Position numbers and translations under genes: made by a program. The notes under the pieces are model-generated. The model was not told the origin of the DNA. It did no database searches and saw only the letters and a list, made by a program, of their open reading frames with translations. Shown here in pieces: positions 9,357-19,612 of a stretch of 64,000 nt of DNA. This stretch comes from Pelagomonas calceolata (lineage: Eukaryota): assembly GCA_918797485.1 (NCBI GenBank), contig CAKKNE010000004.1, positions 4,216,001-4,280,000 of the forward strand, in the 5' to 3' direction. How positions within the stretch are numbered: position 1 is the first letter of the stretch; each line of letters opens with the position of its first letter.

Positions 9357-10956
9357 ATGAACATGGACGACGAGCAGCCCCTCATGGCGCCGACGGAGCA
9401 GCAGCCCCTCGTCGGGAAGCAAACTACGTGGTCCCGCAGGACGCTGGCCCTGGGCGCCCTCTTCGGCGCGTCCCTGCTCCTGGGCGCCGCGGTCTCGGCG
9501 CGGAATGCGCCGGCCGCGGCCACGCCGGCCGGCAAGCGCGCGGCGTTCAACACGAAGACGGGCGAGCTGGTCCACAAGGACTTTGAGAATGCCGCTCCGA
9601 TCGAGAACAATTACCTGCGCAAGCGCACCAAGCTCGAGGCCGCCATCCGCGTGGCGTTCGAGAAGGTGCACGGCCGCGCGCCGACGGCCGACGAGCTCCG
9701 GGCCCTCGTGGAGGACCCGGACGGCGGCGTCCGGAAGAACCACCCCGAACTCGTCGAGGCCAACCCGGACCTCGTGAGCCCGGACATCGTCTCCGCCTGC
9801 ATCACGCTCCGCGGCGACTTCGTCTGCACGAAGGAGCTCTCCGACTACCCCGAGCTGTACCTGTGGTTCGGCCTGGACTTCGACCACGACGCCGGCTTCT
9901 GCTACACGCTGTTCGTCGGCGTGGACATAGACTTCTCCTTCGACATCACCGCCGGCGAGGACCTGTGTCACGAAGTCATTTCTCGGCGACGACGTGATCG
10001 CCACGCCATCACGGACGCGCCGTAAATTTGATGTCCACACAGGCGTGTGCCTGTCGGGCATCCCGGCGGACGACATGGAGTACGGCAAGGAGGTCACGCT
10101 CTACCACACGGGCTTCACGGCGGCACTTCTCGAAGTCGGTGTCTCGGCGCAGGTCTTCAGCTTCGATCTGGAGGAGAGTCTCCGCCAGAAGGCGGTGCGG
10201 GACCGGGCGGCGTACGACGCGGCCATGGCGAGACTCACGGCGGACGGCCACGACGCCGCCAAGTTCGGACAACTCGCCGACGCGTTCTTTCGGCGAGCGA
10301 AGGGCCGGGCCCCCACGGAGGCGGAGCGGCCCGGGGCCACCGCCGAGTTCGCCGCGAAGCTCGGGGCCGCGCGGGCGAAGAAGGCGGCGGCCGGCGCCAC
10401 CGTCGCTACGAAGGCGGACAAGCCCGAGTTCTTCTGGGGCGACGACGTCATCGGGCTCTGGGACGACGGCGGGAGCTGGTTCTGGGACGACTGGGAGATC
10501 TCCATCGACGACTGGTTCGACACCACGCTCAAGTGCGAGCAGTACCCCTACTGCGGCGCCCCGCCGGGGCAGGACCCCGAGGACTACTGCCCGAACGGCC
10601 TGGCCAAGGTCGAGGTGCGCATCCCCGTCATCGCCCAGGTCGATGCCTACGGGAGCGGCGAGCTGTCCGTCGGGACGCCCACGCTGGAGTCTGGCTTCGG
10701 CGCCATCGACATCGAGTTCAGCGCCAACGCGGGCGTGACGGCCGAGGCCATCGAGGTCATGGCCGCCGGCGTCGAGGGCAAGATCTCGACGGAATGCGAC
10801 ACGTCCAGCTGCTCCTACCCCGACATGGAGATCTGCGCGTTCGCCGAGCTCAAGTTCCCCGACTTCGAGCTGCCGAGCTGGGACATCTGCGGCAACGAGA
10901 TCGGCTTCGACTTCGACCTCCCGAGCCTCGGCCTCGAGGAATGCTGGGACGTCTGA
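9357..10956 (+). CDS. Type II membrane/secreted Cys- and acid-rich protein, two exons
   Basis: ORFs 9357-10025 and 9994-10956 join in frame via an intron ending at CACACAG (10042). One N-terminal hydrophobic segment. Internal repeat AFEKVHGRAPTADE / AFFRRAKGRAPTEAE. Confidence 0.75.
9955..10042 (+). mobile_element. Introner-like intron with terminal inverted repeats CCTGTGT...ACACAGG
   Basis: TIRs at 9962-9968 and 10037-10043, with the acceptor AG inside the right TIR. The donor is either GC at 9955 or GT at 9967; both restore the frame. Confidence 0.65.
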
Positions 10957-11078
10957 CCGCGCCCCCCCCGCCCGGGCCGAGAAAGCAGAGGCGCCGCCGC
11001 GCCGCCTCTGCGTACCCCTTGCTTCCTTCCTTAACCACCAACCACCTATTGCTGCTAATACTAGTACAAGGCACAACA

Positions 11079-11520
11079 TTAGAGGTAGAGCTTCAGGATC
11101 CCGCGGAACCCGTCACAACCCTGCGGACACCGCCGAAACTTCGCGGCGGCGGCGGCCAAAGTCTCGGCAACGGGAGCGCCGCGTCGTCGAGCGGCGGCGG
11201 CCGTGCGTCCATGCAAACAGTAATTCCGCCGTCTTTTGTATATCGCGAAGCTGACGATAAATTGCTCATGTCTCTCATGGAAAGCCAGAGGAGACGTTTC
11301 GTTTACGGAACATGCGTGATAGTTACACAAGGGGGAGGCGTGGCTTGTATGCCTACTACCCGACATGTGATGTTCAGTGGACGGGGTAGACGCTCTGTGA
11401 CCAGAGTCGTCTCAGAAGTTGAGGGAGAACGACGCGAAGAGTAGGTGCTCTCACACCAGTGAGAGCTCTCTGGGCCTTGTTGCGCACCGGACGCCCTCTC
11501 AACGTTACTGCCGGATCGCG
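11079..11520 (-). pseudogene. Possible decayed coding relic
   Basis: The minus frame ending LAAAAAKFRRCPQGCDGFRGILKLYL* is interrupted upstream by three TGA stops; lower GC than neighbouring genes. Confidence 0.3.
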
Positions 11521-12153
11521 GCGATGCTCCGGCGTGTTTTCTCCGCTGAATCACAATTAATCGGGGTAACTCGTGCTCCCGACGAGCCCAGAAAAAAAAG
11601 ACAAACCTAAAATCCGTGGCCGCGGCGTGCCCAAATGAAAAACAGACGGCGCGCCTTTAACGCCGTGGGGCACGCGTCGAGGGCGCGATTGGGAGCTCTA
11701 GCTTCAGACCGCGGGCGTTCGAGCGCGTTCGAGCGCGGTGTCATACGAGGAGCAAAAATCTGCCAATTTAAACCGGTATCGGTATGAAGAGCATCCAACG
11801 GCGTGCTAGCAGTCCTGGAGACTCGTCTCCCGAGGTCGGGACTTGAACCCAAACTCACAAGTGCCAACGCCAGCACTTAAGCGGCCTAAAAAGTTGTTCT
11901 TCCCAGTGGCAATCATCCTGAAATTTTTTCTTACGGCCTATCGAGCCATAAAGACTTGGCCGAAAACTTGGCGCGGCTCCAGGGCGCTCACAGTAGGAGA
12001 GCCAGGCTGCAGTTGGTCCAGCCTGCAGCCTCAAGTGGCGTCCGCCTTGACGCAAGCGTCCAACAGGGCTGCGGAGCGGTTCTGCACCGCCTGGACGCCG
12101 TCGAGGTGTCGTCGTCGTCGTGAAGTCCGCACAACCTGCGAAACCGTAAAACG

Positions 12154-12582
12154 ATGCCGCAAGCGCCCGACACGCGCGAGCGCTCCGACTCGACGGAGCT
12201 CGTGCTCTACGACCCCTGGTGCGGCCTGCTGCCGCGGCACCCCTTGCTGAGCTCGTACTTCCTCACGCTGGCCGTCGAGCCGCGCGTCGTGACGGACTGC
12301 GTGCCCATCGTGCACTCGTACATGCAGCCCCTGCAGCTCTTGAAGTCGGCCTGCGTCTGCAAGGACTGGACCGAGATCGCGGCGCGCGACTGCTACTGGG
12401 AGCGGCTCGTGCGGCGCGACTACGCCGTCGACGCGGACGACCTCCGGCCGCCGCCGCGCCCGGTCAAGCAGCTCTGGCTCGCGATGCGCCGCGCCTTTCG
12501 GGCAGTCGTGCGCTCGGAGGGCGCCATGCCGCCCATGCGTGGTGACTTGCCCGCGGTCTCGCGCGGCGCCGTGGCGCATTGA
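12154..12582 (+). CDS. Small F-box-like protein
   Basis: IVHSYMQPLQLLKSACVCKDWTEIAARDCYWERL matches the F-box pattern; strong GC3. Confidence 0.75.
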   Translation: MPQAPDTRERSDSTELVLYDPWCGLLPRHPLLSSYFLTLAVEPRVVTDCVPIVHSYMQPLQLLKSACVCKDWTEIAARDCYWERLVRRDYAVDADDLRPPPRPVKQLWLAMRRAFRAVVRSEGAMPPMRGDLPAVSRGAVAH

Positions 12583-12843
12583 TATCACCATCAACCCACA
12601 TATTCCCCTTCAAGCAAGTAAGTACAGTAATCATAGCAATACAGCCCCGCTAATGGTGTCGTGCGGGTTCGACCCCTGAGAGCGCTGATGTGAGCGCTGC
12701 TTTATTAGACCTCCGACGCTCCGTGGGGGCTCTGATTTAACAGCTGGCTTACACCATGCACACACACTCCGCGCGCTCCACCCGCTGCCCCCCGCGTTTC
12801 TGCGCTGCTGCCAACCACCGGGCTGCCCAAAGCGCCGCGCACG

Positions 12844-14364
12844 ATGGCCGAACCAGAAGGCGATGATGAACAAAGATATTTCTCCGATCCCGCAGTCGTG
12901 CGCAAAATAATTCCACCCTTCGCTCTGTTGCGGCTCAACTCGGACGTGCGAGGCAAGCTGCTCGGCTTCTTGGTCTGCGCCTCGCAGGACCGCGCGCTGC
13001 GGGCCATCAACGACGAACGGAAAGCGGTGTATGAAGACCCACTAGGCAAACGGAGGTTCTACGAGAAACCGCGACCGCCGAGGGCCGTCGACATCGGCGG
13101 CTCCGCGATGGCCCTAACTACCGTCCTGCGCGGCGACCTCCCGGCCTCGACCGCGGCGTTGGTCGCCACGCTCTTCCATCACGCCGCGGCGCTGCGACTT
13201 GTGTGCCAGACGACATGCTCGGACGTGGACGCACTGGCGAGAGCGCCTCGATCGACGGCGACGCCGCGAGCCTGGCTCGGGAACCTCTACTGCCGCCACG
13301 ACGCGCAACTCGACGACGCCGCCGTGATCCGCGAGCTGCGCGCCCGGATGCTGACGGGGCGGCGCGCGAACCTGGCCCGAGAGATGGCGGCGCGACAGGA
13401 CGCCGCGACGTATTTCGTGCCGCAAGAGTTGGGTGGGAAGGCCCGTCGTTGCGTTGTGCGTACCGACGGCGCTGGATTCGTCACGAACGACGCAACCTGG
13501 CCCCGGGATAACGGTCGTCGTCGCGTGTTTTTCAAGTCCACGCCAGGTTGGTCGGAGAAGCGCCGCCGCATGGCGCAGATGCTCACGTTTGGTAGAAATT
13601 CGTTCGGAGAACATGTCCACGCGTGCACTCGATGTCTGACGGTCGACGAGGCGAACCGCAACGCGCCCGTCGACGAGGCTCTGCTTCGAGAAATGTCTCG
13701 TACTGCTATCTCTTCGACGATAACATCTTTGCGCGGGACGACAATGACGGTCGTGGCGTCGGCCGTAACGCTCGCGTGGGCGCCGGGCAGCAGCGAGCAT
13801 CCGCCGCCGGACTGCTTCCCTCTGCTCGAGGAAAAGCTTCGCCACTTTTTCGGCGGCCGCGTCGGCGACGGCCGCTGTGGTTGGATCGAGCGGTGGACGA
13901 ACAAAGGTTGCGGCTGCTACGACACTCAATCGGCCTCGCTGAGACGTCACCCAAAATATTGGACGTCGTGCCACGACGATGCGAGGCCCCCCTTATCGTC
14001 CCTTGCGGAGCTCTGGCCTCCGTTTAATGGCAATCGGAAGGAGGTCCCGCTCACGAGGCAAGGCACGACCTTCTCGGCGCTCATCGACATCGCGTTCCAT
14101 TCAGGGGAGTACTCTGGAGCCTACGAACCGGACCTGAACGCGCACAAGGTGCATCTGGCTTCGGTAAAAGCCCACTCGGGCACGGTGGCGAACAACCTCA
14201 GCTTTTTCAGGATGGGGCCCGAAGTTCCGCCCGCGCCCATCGAGCACATTGATCTTTACGTCCCCCTCGAACTGGTTCCCTTTGGGCCAACCCCGGACAA
14301 CCAGGACGTGGGGCCCGGCTATTTCTCAGTGAAGATACAAGCTCGCATCCCCGGGTTCGACTGA
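12844..14364 (+). CDS. Hypothetical protein (506 aa)
   Basis: Long ORF with ATG start and ordinary amino-acid composition; no family recognised. Confidence 0.65.
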   Translation: MAEPEGDDEQRYFSDPAVVRKIIPPFALLRLNSDVRGKLLGFLVCASQDRALRAINDERKAVYEDPLGKRRFYEKPRPPRAVDIGGSAMALTTVLRGDLPASTAALVATLFHHAAALRLVCQTTCSDVDALARAPRSTATPRAWLGNLYCRHDAQLDDAAVIRELRARMLTGRRANLAREMAARQDAATYFVPQELGGKARRCVVRTDGAGFVTNDATWPRDNGRRRVFFKSTPGWSEKRRRMAQMLTFGRNSFGEHVHACTRCLTVDEANRNAPVDEALLREMSRTAISSTITSLRGTTMTVVASAVTLAWAPGSSEHPPPDCFPLLEEKLRHFFGGRVGDGRCGWIERWTNKGCGCYDTQSASLRRHPKYWTSCHDDARPPLSSLAELWPPFNGNRKEVPLTRQGTTFSALIDIAFHSGEYSGAYEPDLNAHKVHLASVKAHSGTVANNLSFFRMGPEVPPAPIEHIDLYVPLELVPFGPTPDNQDVGPGYFSVKIQARIPGFD

Positions 14365-15140
14365 GCTCCCCGTTAGTAAATACCAAACAAAACAACGTGA
14401 ACTCAACAGTAGGAACGAGCAAGACGACTAAGGGGTATGATTATCTCTAGCAAGCTACTACCGCGCGAGCGACCGGGAGAGCATGGACAACAGGGTGGCT
14501 TGTGTGTGCGTATGGACACGACTGCACAGGGGTTCACACACGCCAAATTCAAGCGGCCCGCGCGACGCCGATCGACTCCGCCACGCCGAAGACGAAGGCG
14601 CGCACCGCAGCCTTCGTCGACGCGCAGGCGACGTCGCCGAGCCCCAACGTCGCCATGGTTCTTCTTTTCTCGTGGTCGGTCCGTGCGCGGTGATATTTTT
14701 TTTTAGTGGGAGGATCGCGACCACGTCACGCGAGGGCTTTCGTGATTTTTCTCGCCCTACTCGCTCGCGCGCGCGCCCGCCGCCGCGGCGACGAAATTTC
14801 GCGCAGCGCCCTGAATAGCGCTCGCTCTACCACAGACCACCAGTTCGGCGCCGCGCGGCGATCGCGCTTCGTCTGAGCTCCCAGGGCTTACGCCAACCGC
14901 GCGCGCGCCTTCCAGAGTCGCGCCGCGAGCCTCGCTCTGTCTAGCGTAAGAGGTGGTACTATAGCATTGAAGTAGGTAAACATCTAAGAGACCCCCCTAT
15001 TATTGGACCTACTCCCAGAGACACCCGGAGCTGTCCCGTTTAGTCCCGAGCGCCCTCGAAAAATATAAATAAATATTTTCAGTAAGTATAGGTATATATA
15101 TCGATCGGATTCCCGGTGCCGGCTCCGCGTCAGCTCCGCG

Positions 15141-15164
15141 GCTAGGCGGCCTAGGCCGCCTAGC
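15141..15164. repeat. Perfect 24-bp palindrome GCTAGGCGGCCTAGGCCGCCTAGC
   Basis: Read directly; overlaps a 22-bp inverted copy of 8728-8749. Confidence 0.95.
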
Positions 15165-15339
15165 GCTCTAAATAAAATATAGGGAATGAGAATAATGGGT
15201 ACACGAAACAAAGAAGCCTCAGGACAACAAAAAAACAAGACTGGTCAAGGGGAAGATAATTGTTAGATTCAGCAGCAAACAGGGGGGACCGCCAGCGGCC
15301 GCCTTCTTAGCGGCGCGGCGATATATCCAGCAAGGCGGG

Positions 15340-16908
15340 TCAGAGACTCGCATCGTCTCGACTATGAGACGGGAAGGCGGCGGCCGGTGGGCCATTTCCT
15401 CCAACAGAAAAGAAGGGCGGCGCCGAGTCCCAGGCCGCCATGGGATGTGACCGGAAGCTGCGGTCGTCGTCCTCGAGCGACCCGTTCGAGAGCGACCGGT
15501 CGTCCGCCGACTTGTTCCGGTCGTTGTCGTCGGCGCCCAGGCTCGACACGTCGTCGTCGCCGTCCGTGCCCGCCGGGTCGTCCTCGTTCGTCCGCGGCAA
15601 CGCAAGAACGTCTCTCAAAGGATGGCGGATGCCGACGACCAGCGGCGCCGCTCGACTACGCCGTCGCGGCGACACGACGCAGCGCGTCGACAGGCCGTCG
15701 TCGTCCTCGCTCTCTCCAGAAGAACTCAGCGTGTCGCCGCCGGGCGTCATCGCGCGCGACGCGAGCGACTCGCAGTCCACCGTCCTCGACAGGTCGTCGG
15801 GCAGCGACTGCGCGCCGTCGTGGTCGCGCGACGTCGACACCCGTCGCGGCTCGACGTCCGCCGTCGCGTCGTAGGCGTAGACGTCGTAGACGAAATCATC
15901 TAAAGGCAGGCCGACCATCTCCGCGTCGTCGCCGTGCGACACGTCCTGGTCGTCCTCGTAGTACGCGGACACGCCGTCGAGGAAACTCCGCTTCGGGTGC
16001 ACCTCGCTCGCGACGCGTTTCGGCGGATTCGGCGGCGTCGCGGCGAGCAGCCGGTCGCGCACGGCCGCGTGGCCGCGCGCGTGGGCGTGCATCGCCGCGT
16101 CGCGGCCCCGAGCATCGACTCTTCGCGAGTCCGCTCCTAGAGCCACCAAGCGCGCGACGTCGTCCTGGCAACCGTGCCGCGCGAAGGCCATCAAGGGTGT
16201 CGCTCCATCTCTACAAACGAGGGAAATAGCCAAAGGCGTGCCACAAGCGGCGCGCAGCTCGACCAATGAAGCGGGGTCCTCGCTCGCCATAGCTGTGGAG
16301 ACGGCCGCGGCGAGGCGCCTCCTCTCGGAATTCTCGTCGCGTGCCGTCTCGCGCGCGCCGCCCGGCGCGAGCATATCTAAGGAGCTATTGGTCGGCGACC
16401 GCTCGACGCCCGCGAAGGCCGTCAGATCCGTCAAGGAACGAGAACACTTCTTCTCCGAGGACTTCTCGAACGGTATCGGAGAGGACCGCTCGAGGGCCCC
16501 GTCCTTCAAATCCACACAAATAGCTTGTTGTGGGGGCCGCTGGCGCCGTTTCGGCGACGACTGCGTCGTCGTCGGCGAGGCCTCCTCGTTGTGTTCAGGA
16601 GACGGCCGCCGCTTCCGCCGTAACCGCAGGGCCTCCCGGAGTAGCCTTTGCGCGGTTTCGCCTCTAGTTCTCTCTTCCAAATCGCGCGCGGCGGCCGCGT
16701 CCAAGGTGTCGAGGCGCCGGAAGCACCTCCTCTCGACGGGCAGGTTCTGTTCCGGCGTGGGCGGCGGCTGGTGCAACCCCAGGCCCTGGAAGGTGCTCCT
16801 CAGTAATTCGCGCGCGGAGCGTTCGCGCTTGGCGCGCGGCGCAGCTAATATTAATCGCTCGGACGGGAGCTCGTCGCGCTTGCGCTTCACTCTCACGAGT
16901 ACCGCCAT
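15340..16908 (-). CDS. IWR1: IWR1/SLC7A6OS-like RNA polymerase II import factor with ankyrin repeats
   Basis: N-terminal VLVRVKRKRDELPSERLIL and internal DDFVYDVY motifs typical of IWR1/SLC7A6OS. Ankyrin GATPLMAFARHGCQDDVARLVALGAD. Acidic tail. Confidence 0.6.
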   Translation of the reverse strand: MAVLVRVKRKRDELPSERLILAAPRAKRERSARELLRSTFQGLGLHQPPPTPEQNLPVERRCFRRLDTLDAAAARDLEERTRGETAQRLLREALRLRRKRRPSPEHNEEASPTTTQSSPKRRQRPPQQAICVDLKDGALERSSPIPFEKSSEKKCSRSLTDLTAFAGVERSPTNSSLDMLAPGGARETARDENSERRRLAAAVSTAMASEDPASLVELRAACGTPLAISLVCRDGATPLMAFARHGCQDDVARLVALGADSRRVDARGRDAAMHAHARGHAAVRDRLLAATPPNPPKRVASEVHPKRSFLDGVSAYYEDDQDVSHGDDAEMVGLPLDDFVYDVYAYDATADVEPRRVSTSRDHDGAQSLPDDLSRTVDCESLASRAMTPGGDTLSSSGESEDDDGLSTRCVVSPRRRSRAAPLVVGIRHPLRDVLALPRTNEDDPAGTDGDDDVSSLGADDNDRNKSADDRSLSNGSLEDDDRSFRSHPMAAWDSAPPFFSVGGNGPPAAAFPSHSRDDASL

Positions 16909-17114
16909 CTCCGAATGGCTTTTTTTTCGTTTAGCGCCTATCGCTTTTCCCCCTTTATTGTATCCTACCTCTCAGCGCCGCGACAAGCGCGGCGCTTGAA
17001 ATTGCGACCAGCAGCCCGGCGCCGATAGGTGAGGCTCCCAACGCTGCCACGCAAGACAATAAGCGGGTGTTCGAGAGGTAGCAGGGCGCGTACGTCGCCT
17101 CGGTGCCGAATTTA

Positions 17115-17137
17115 CTAGTGTCTTACTGGCGCGCTAG
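17115..17137 (+). promoter_or_regulatory. CTAG element (CTAGTGTCTTACTGGCGCGCTAG)
   Basis: One of 8 copies with the CTAGTGTCTTA core; divergent intergenic region. Confidence 0.7.
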
Positions 17138-17580
17138 CCTCGAGTTGCTGTCAGATTGACTTTGAGCTCAACGTAAAGCGAGTTAGAATTTACCGCGTCG
17201 CCTCCGGCGGTCGGATCCTGCGTCTGTAGGACGTGGCTGCCCCACAAGCATCGGAGACGCGTCCCGCAACGACAGGTCTCGGGCCGGCGCCGTCCACCGC
17301 CCCATCAAGGCTCCTTCCGGTAAAACCAGTCTAGCTCCTCGGTGGAACCAGTCCAGAGTCCAGGACTCTCGGACTCGAGAGGCTGCCCAGCGCCAAAAAG
17401 CCGTGCTTGGCAAGCGAACGCCGCGCCCAGGCGGTCGTCTCCCATCGCGTGGGCACGCGGCGGACCGAGGCGGACCCCGCGGCCGGCGCAGGGCCGACAC
17501 CGGCGCCGCGGCCGCGCTCTGGGGGCTGCCCCACGAAAGCTGCCCCCCACGCCGCCGCCGCGCCGGAAGCAACGAGCAGA

Positions 17581-18042
17581 ATGCGCCTCCTCATCACGCG
17601 GCCGCGCATCCAGTACGACAGCACGGCCGTCTACGAGCCCTTGGACGTCGAGTACAAGAGCGAAGACTTGCTCGTGAGCGAGCTCAAGAACATGATCTAC
17701 AAGCGCCAGCTCATGCTCTCGACGGGGGAAGATAGGAAGCTGCCGAAGGAGGACTCGCCGGTGGCGCTCGAGCCGCACGACCAGATTCTGTTGATTCGCA
17801 AATTCCGGGACGCGCACATGCAGGGCGTTTTACTGGAGGACCACCGTTCCTTGAAATTCTACGGGTTGATCGACAAGGTCGAGTCGAACCTGTTCCTGGC
17901 GCGGACGAACCCCTTGAAAAATGAGATCGCGGAGCTGCTGCTCATTGATGGTCATAGTTTAACGCCGCACCAGAAGAAGCGCATGCAGGAGGCCTGCGCG
18001 ACGCAGGACAAGCATTATTATAGGCACTGCATGCAGATGTAG
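17581..18042 (+). CDS. Ubiquitin-like domain protein
   Basis: LVSELKNMI...HDQILL...GVLLEDHRSLKFYGL resembles a ubiquitin fold; ATG at 17581. Confidence 0.65.
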   Translation: MRLLITRPRIQYDSTAVYEPLDVEYKSEDLLVSELKNMIYKRQLMLSTGEDRKLPKEDSPVALEPHDQILLIRKFRDAHMQGVLLEDHRSLKFYGLIDKVESNLFLARTNPLKNEIAELLLIDGHSLTPHQKKRMQEACATQDKHYYRHCMQM

Positions 18043-18188
18043 CCGCCACGCGGCGGGTGCGTGCTTGCGCGATGGCGTGGGGACCCCCCCGACGCCGTCG
18101 ACGCGACTCGTCGGGGCGACGTATGTAGCGCCCGTCGCGCGACTGCTCCTGGCCTGGCTCGCGGTGGTCTGCGTCGGCACGGTCTCCT

Positions 18189-18389
18189 CGTCCACGGCAC
18201 GCCATCGACGCGACATCGTGCCCGCCTGACGGCGCGAGGGTGGCCGCGCGAGGGTGGCCGCGCGACTCGCGCGACTCCTAGCCTATAATGTTGTGTACTA
18301 ACTTATCCGTCCACACCACGCTGTCGACGCGACATCGTGCCTCGCGCGACTCCGAGCCGAACTGCTAGTATGTTGTGTACTAAACCTTA
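18189..18389 (+). repeat. Imperfect tandem duplication in the convergent 3' region
   Basis: CGTCCAC..ACGC(CA/TG)TCGACGCGACATCGTGCC..CGCGCGACTCC..ATGTTGTGTACTAA occurs at 18189-18305 and 18308-18389. Confidence 0.8.
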
Positions 18390-18402
18390 CCAACCGAAGC
18401 AT

Positions 18403-19071
18403 CTAGTAGGGCACGACGTGGCCGTTGTTGTAGCGCGTCGCGCGCGTCTGGCCCAGGCGGCCGTGCTTGTCCTGGTACTCGACCATGGACCCCGTCGCGA
18501 CGAGCCACTTCTCCTGGCGGCCCTTGACGTACGTCTCGCGATCATAATTCGTGAAGCCCCACTTCGCGCTCTTCAGGATCTTCTGGCGGCCCGGGAACTT
18601 GAACTTCGCGCGGCGGAGGCCGACGATGACGTGCTCGCCGTTCGCGTCCTTCGCGCGCACGCTCAGGATGGCCTGGCCGATGGACACGCGCGCCGCGCGC
18701 TCCATGGGCTTGCCGTACGAGTGGCGCATGCCCGACGACAATCGATCCGCGCCAGCACAGGAAAGCATCTTGTTCTGCCTAATCACGTGGAACGGGTGCG
18801 TCCGCGTGCGAATGTGGTACGCCTCCTTGCCGCACATCTTGATGAGGTACTTGTTGCACGCGACGCGCGCCGCCTCCAAAGCATTGGAGGAGATCTGCTC
18901 CTTCTCGTCGGAGACCAAATGGGCCACGAAGGGGAACTGGTCGACGGACGCCTTTTTGTTGCCGCAGTCGAAAATGCGGATCTTCGGGTCCGGCACGCCG
19001 CGGCAGTACCGCGACTTGATGTAGGGCTTGTTCTTCTGGAAGCGCGAGCAGCGCGCGGGGCGGCGGCCCAT
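18403..19071 (-). CDS. RPL10: 60S ribosomal protein L10 (uL16)
   Basis: MGRRPARC...[17 protein letters not shown]...[20 protein letters not shown] at 19071. Confidence 0.98.
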   Translation of the reverse strand: MGRRPARCSRFQKNKPYIKSRYCRGVPDPKIRIFDCGNKKASVDQFPFVAHLVSDEKEQISSNALEAARVACNKYLIKMCGKEAYHIRTRTHPFHVIRQNKMLSCAGADRLSSGMRHSYGKPMERAARVSIGQAILSVRAKDANGEHVIVGLRRAKFKFPGRQKILKSAKWGFTNYDRETYVKGRQEKWLVATGSMVEYQDKHGRLGQTRATRYNNGHVVPY

Positions 19072-19612
19072 GGTTGCGAGTTGAGCCTGTGTGGGGCGTT
19101 TGTGAGCTCTTTGCGCGTCGATGGCGTATTGCCTCTCGCTCGCGCTGTTGCGTAGCGCGTCGCCGCGCGGCCCACAGCAGCCGCTTAGTAGCGATTGCTT
19201 TGGTCTTTTGCAGCGACAGCCAGCGGCGGATGCCTCTCGCAGCTCTGCTTGCGCAGCGCGTCGCTGTCGCGGCGGCTCAGAGGAACTCGCTTTGGTCGGC
19301 CTTAAGCACGGCCTCTGGCGAACCCGCGAGCCGCTGCTTCGAAGCACGCGTGCTGGATGTCGTCTGTAGAAGTCCAGTGGTCTCTCCACGTCGATTTATT
19401 GCGGCACCGATGCGTACAAGGCAAATTTAGCCGAGCTGCTCGCCACTCGCAAACTCGTTTTAGCAAGTTTAGTGGCCCCGCTCGGCCCGCTCGAATCGCG
19501 CGATTTACACTCGTACCTTAGTCCTGGGACGTGTCTTGAGCGATACAGAGGACACTTGAATTTAAAAATTTTAGGGGAGCCAAATGCTGTCAAAGCCAAG
19601 TCTGCAGCCAAA

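Noticed and set aside
9994..10025. Programmed frameshift or two overlapping genes
   Set aside because: An intron with a clear CACACAG acceptor restores the frame more simply.
10047..11444. 465-aa + strand ORF
   Set aside because: Alternative frame of the real exon running on into non-coding or relic DNA; Arg/Gly-biased composition.
12655..12690. GGGTTCGACCCC as part of a tRNA gene
   Set aside because: Weak T-stem and no D-arm, anticodon arm or acceptor stem.
19072..19389. N-terminal extension of RPL10 in the ORF track
   Set aside because: The conserved protein starts at MGRRP (19071); upstream is leader/promoter sequence.
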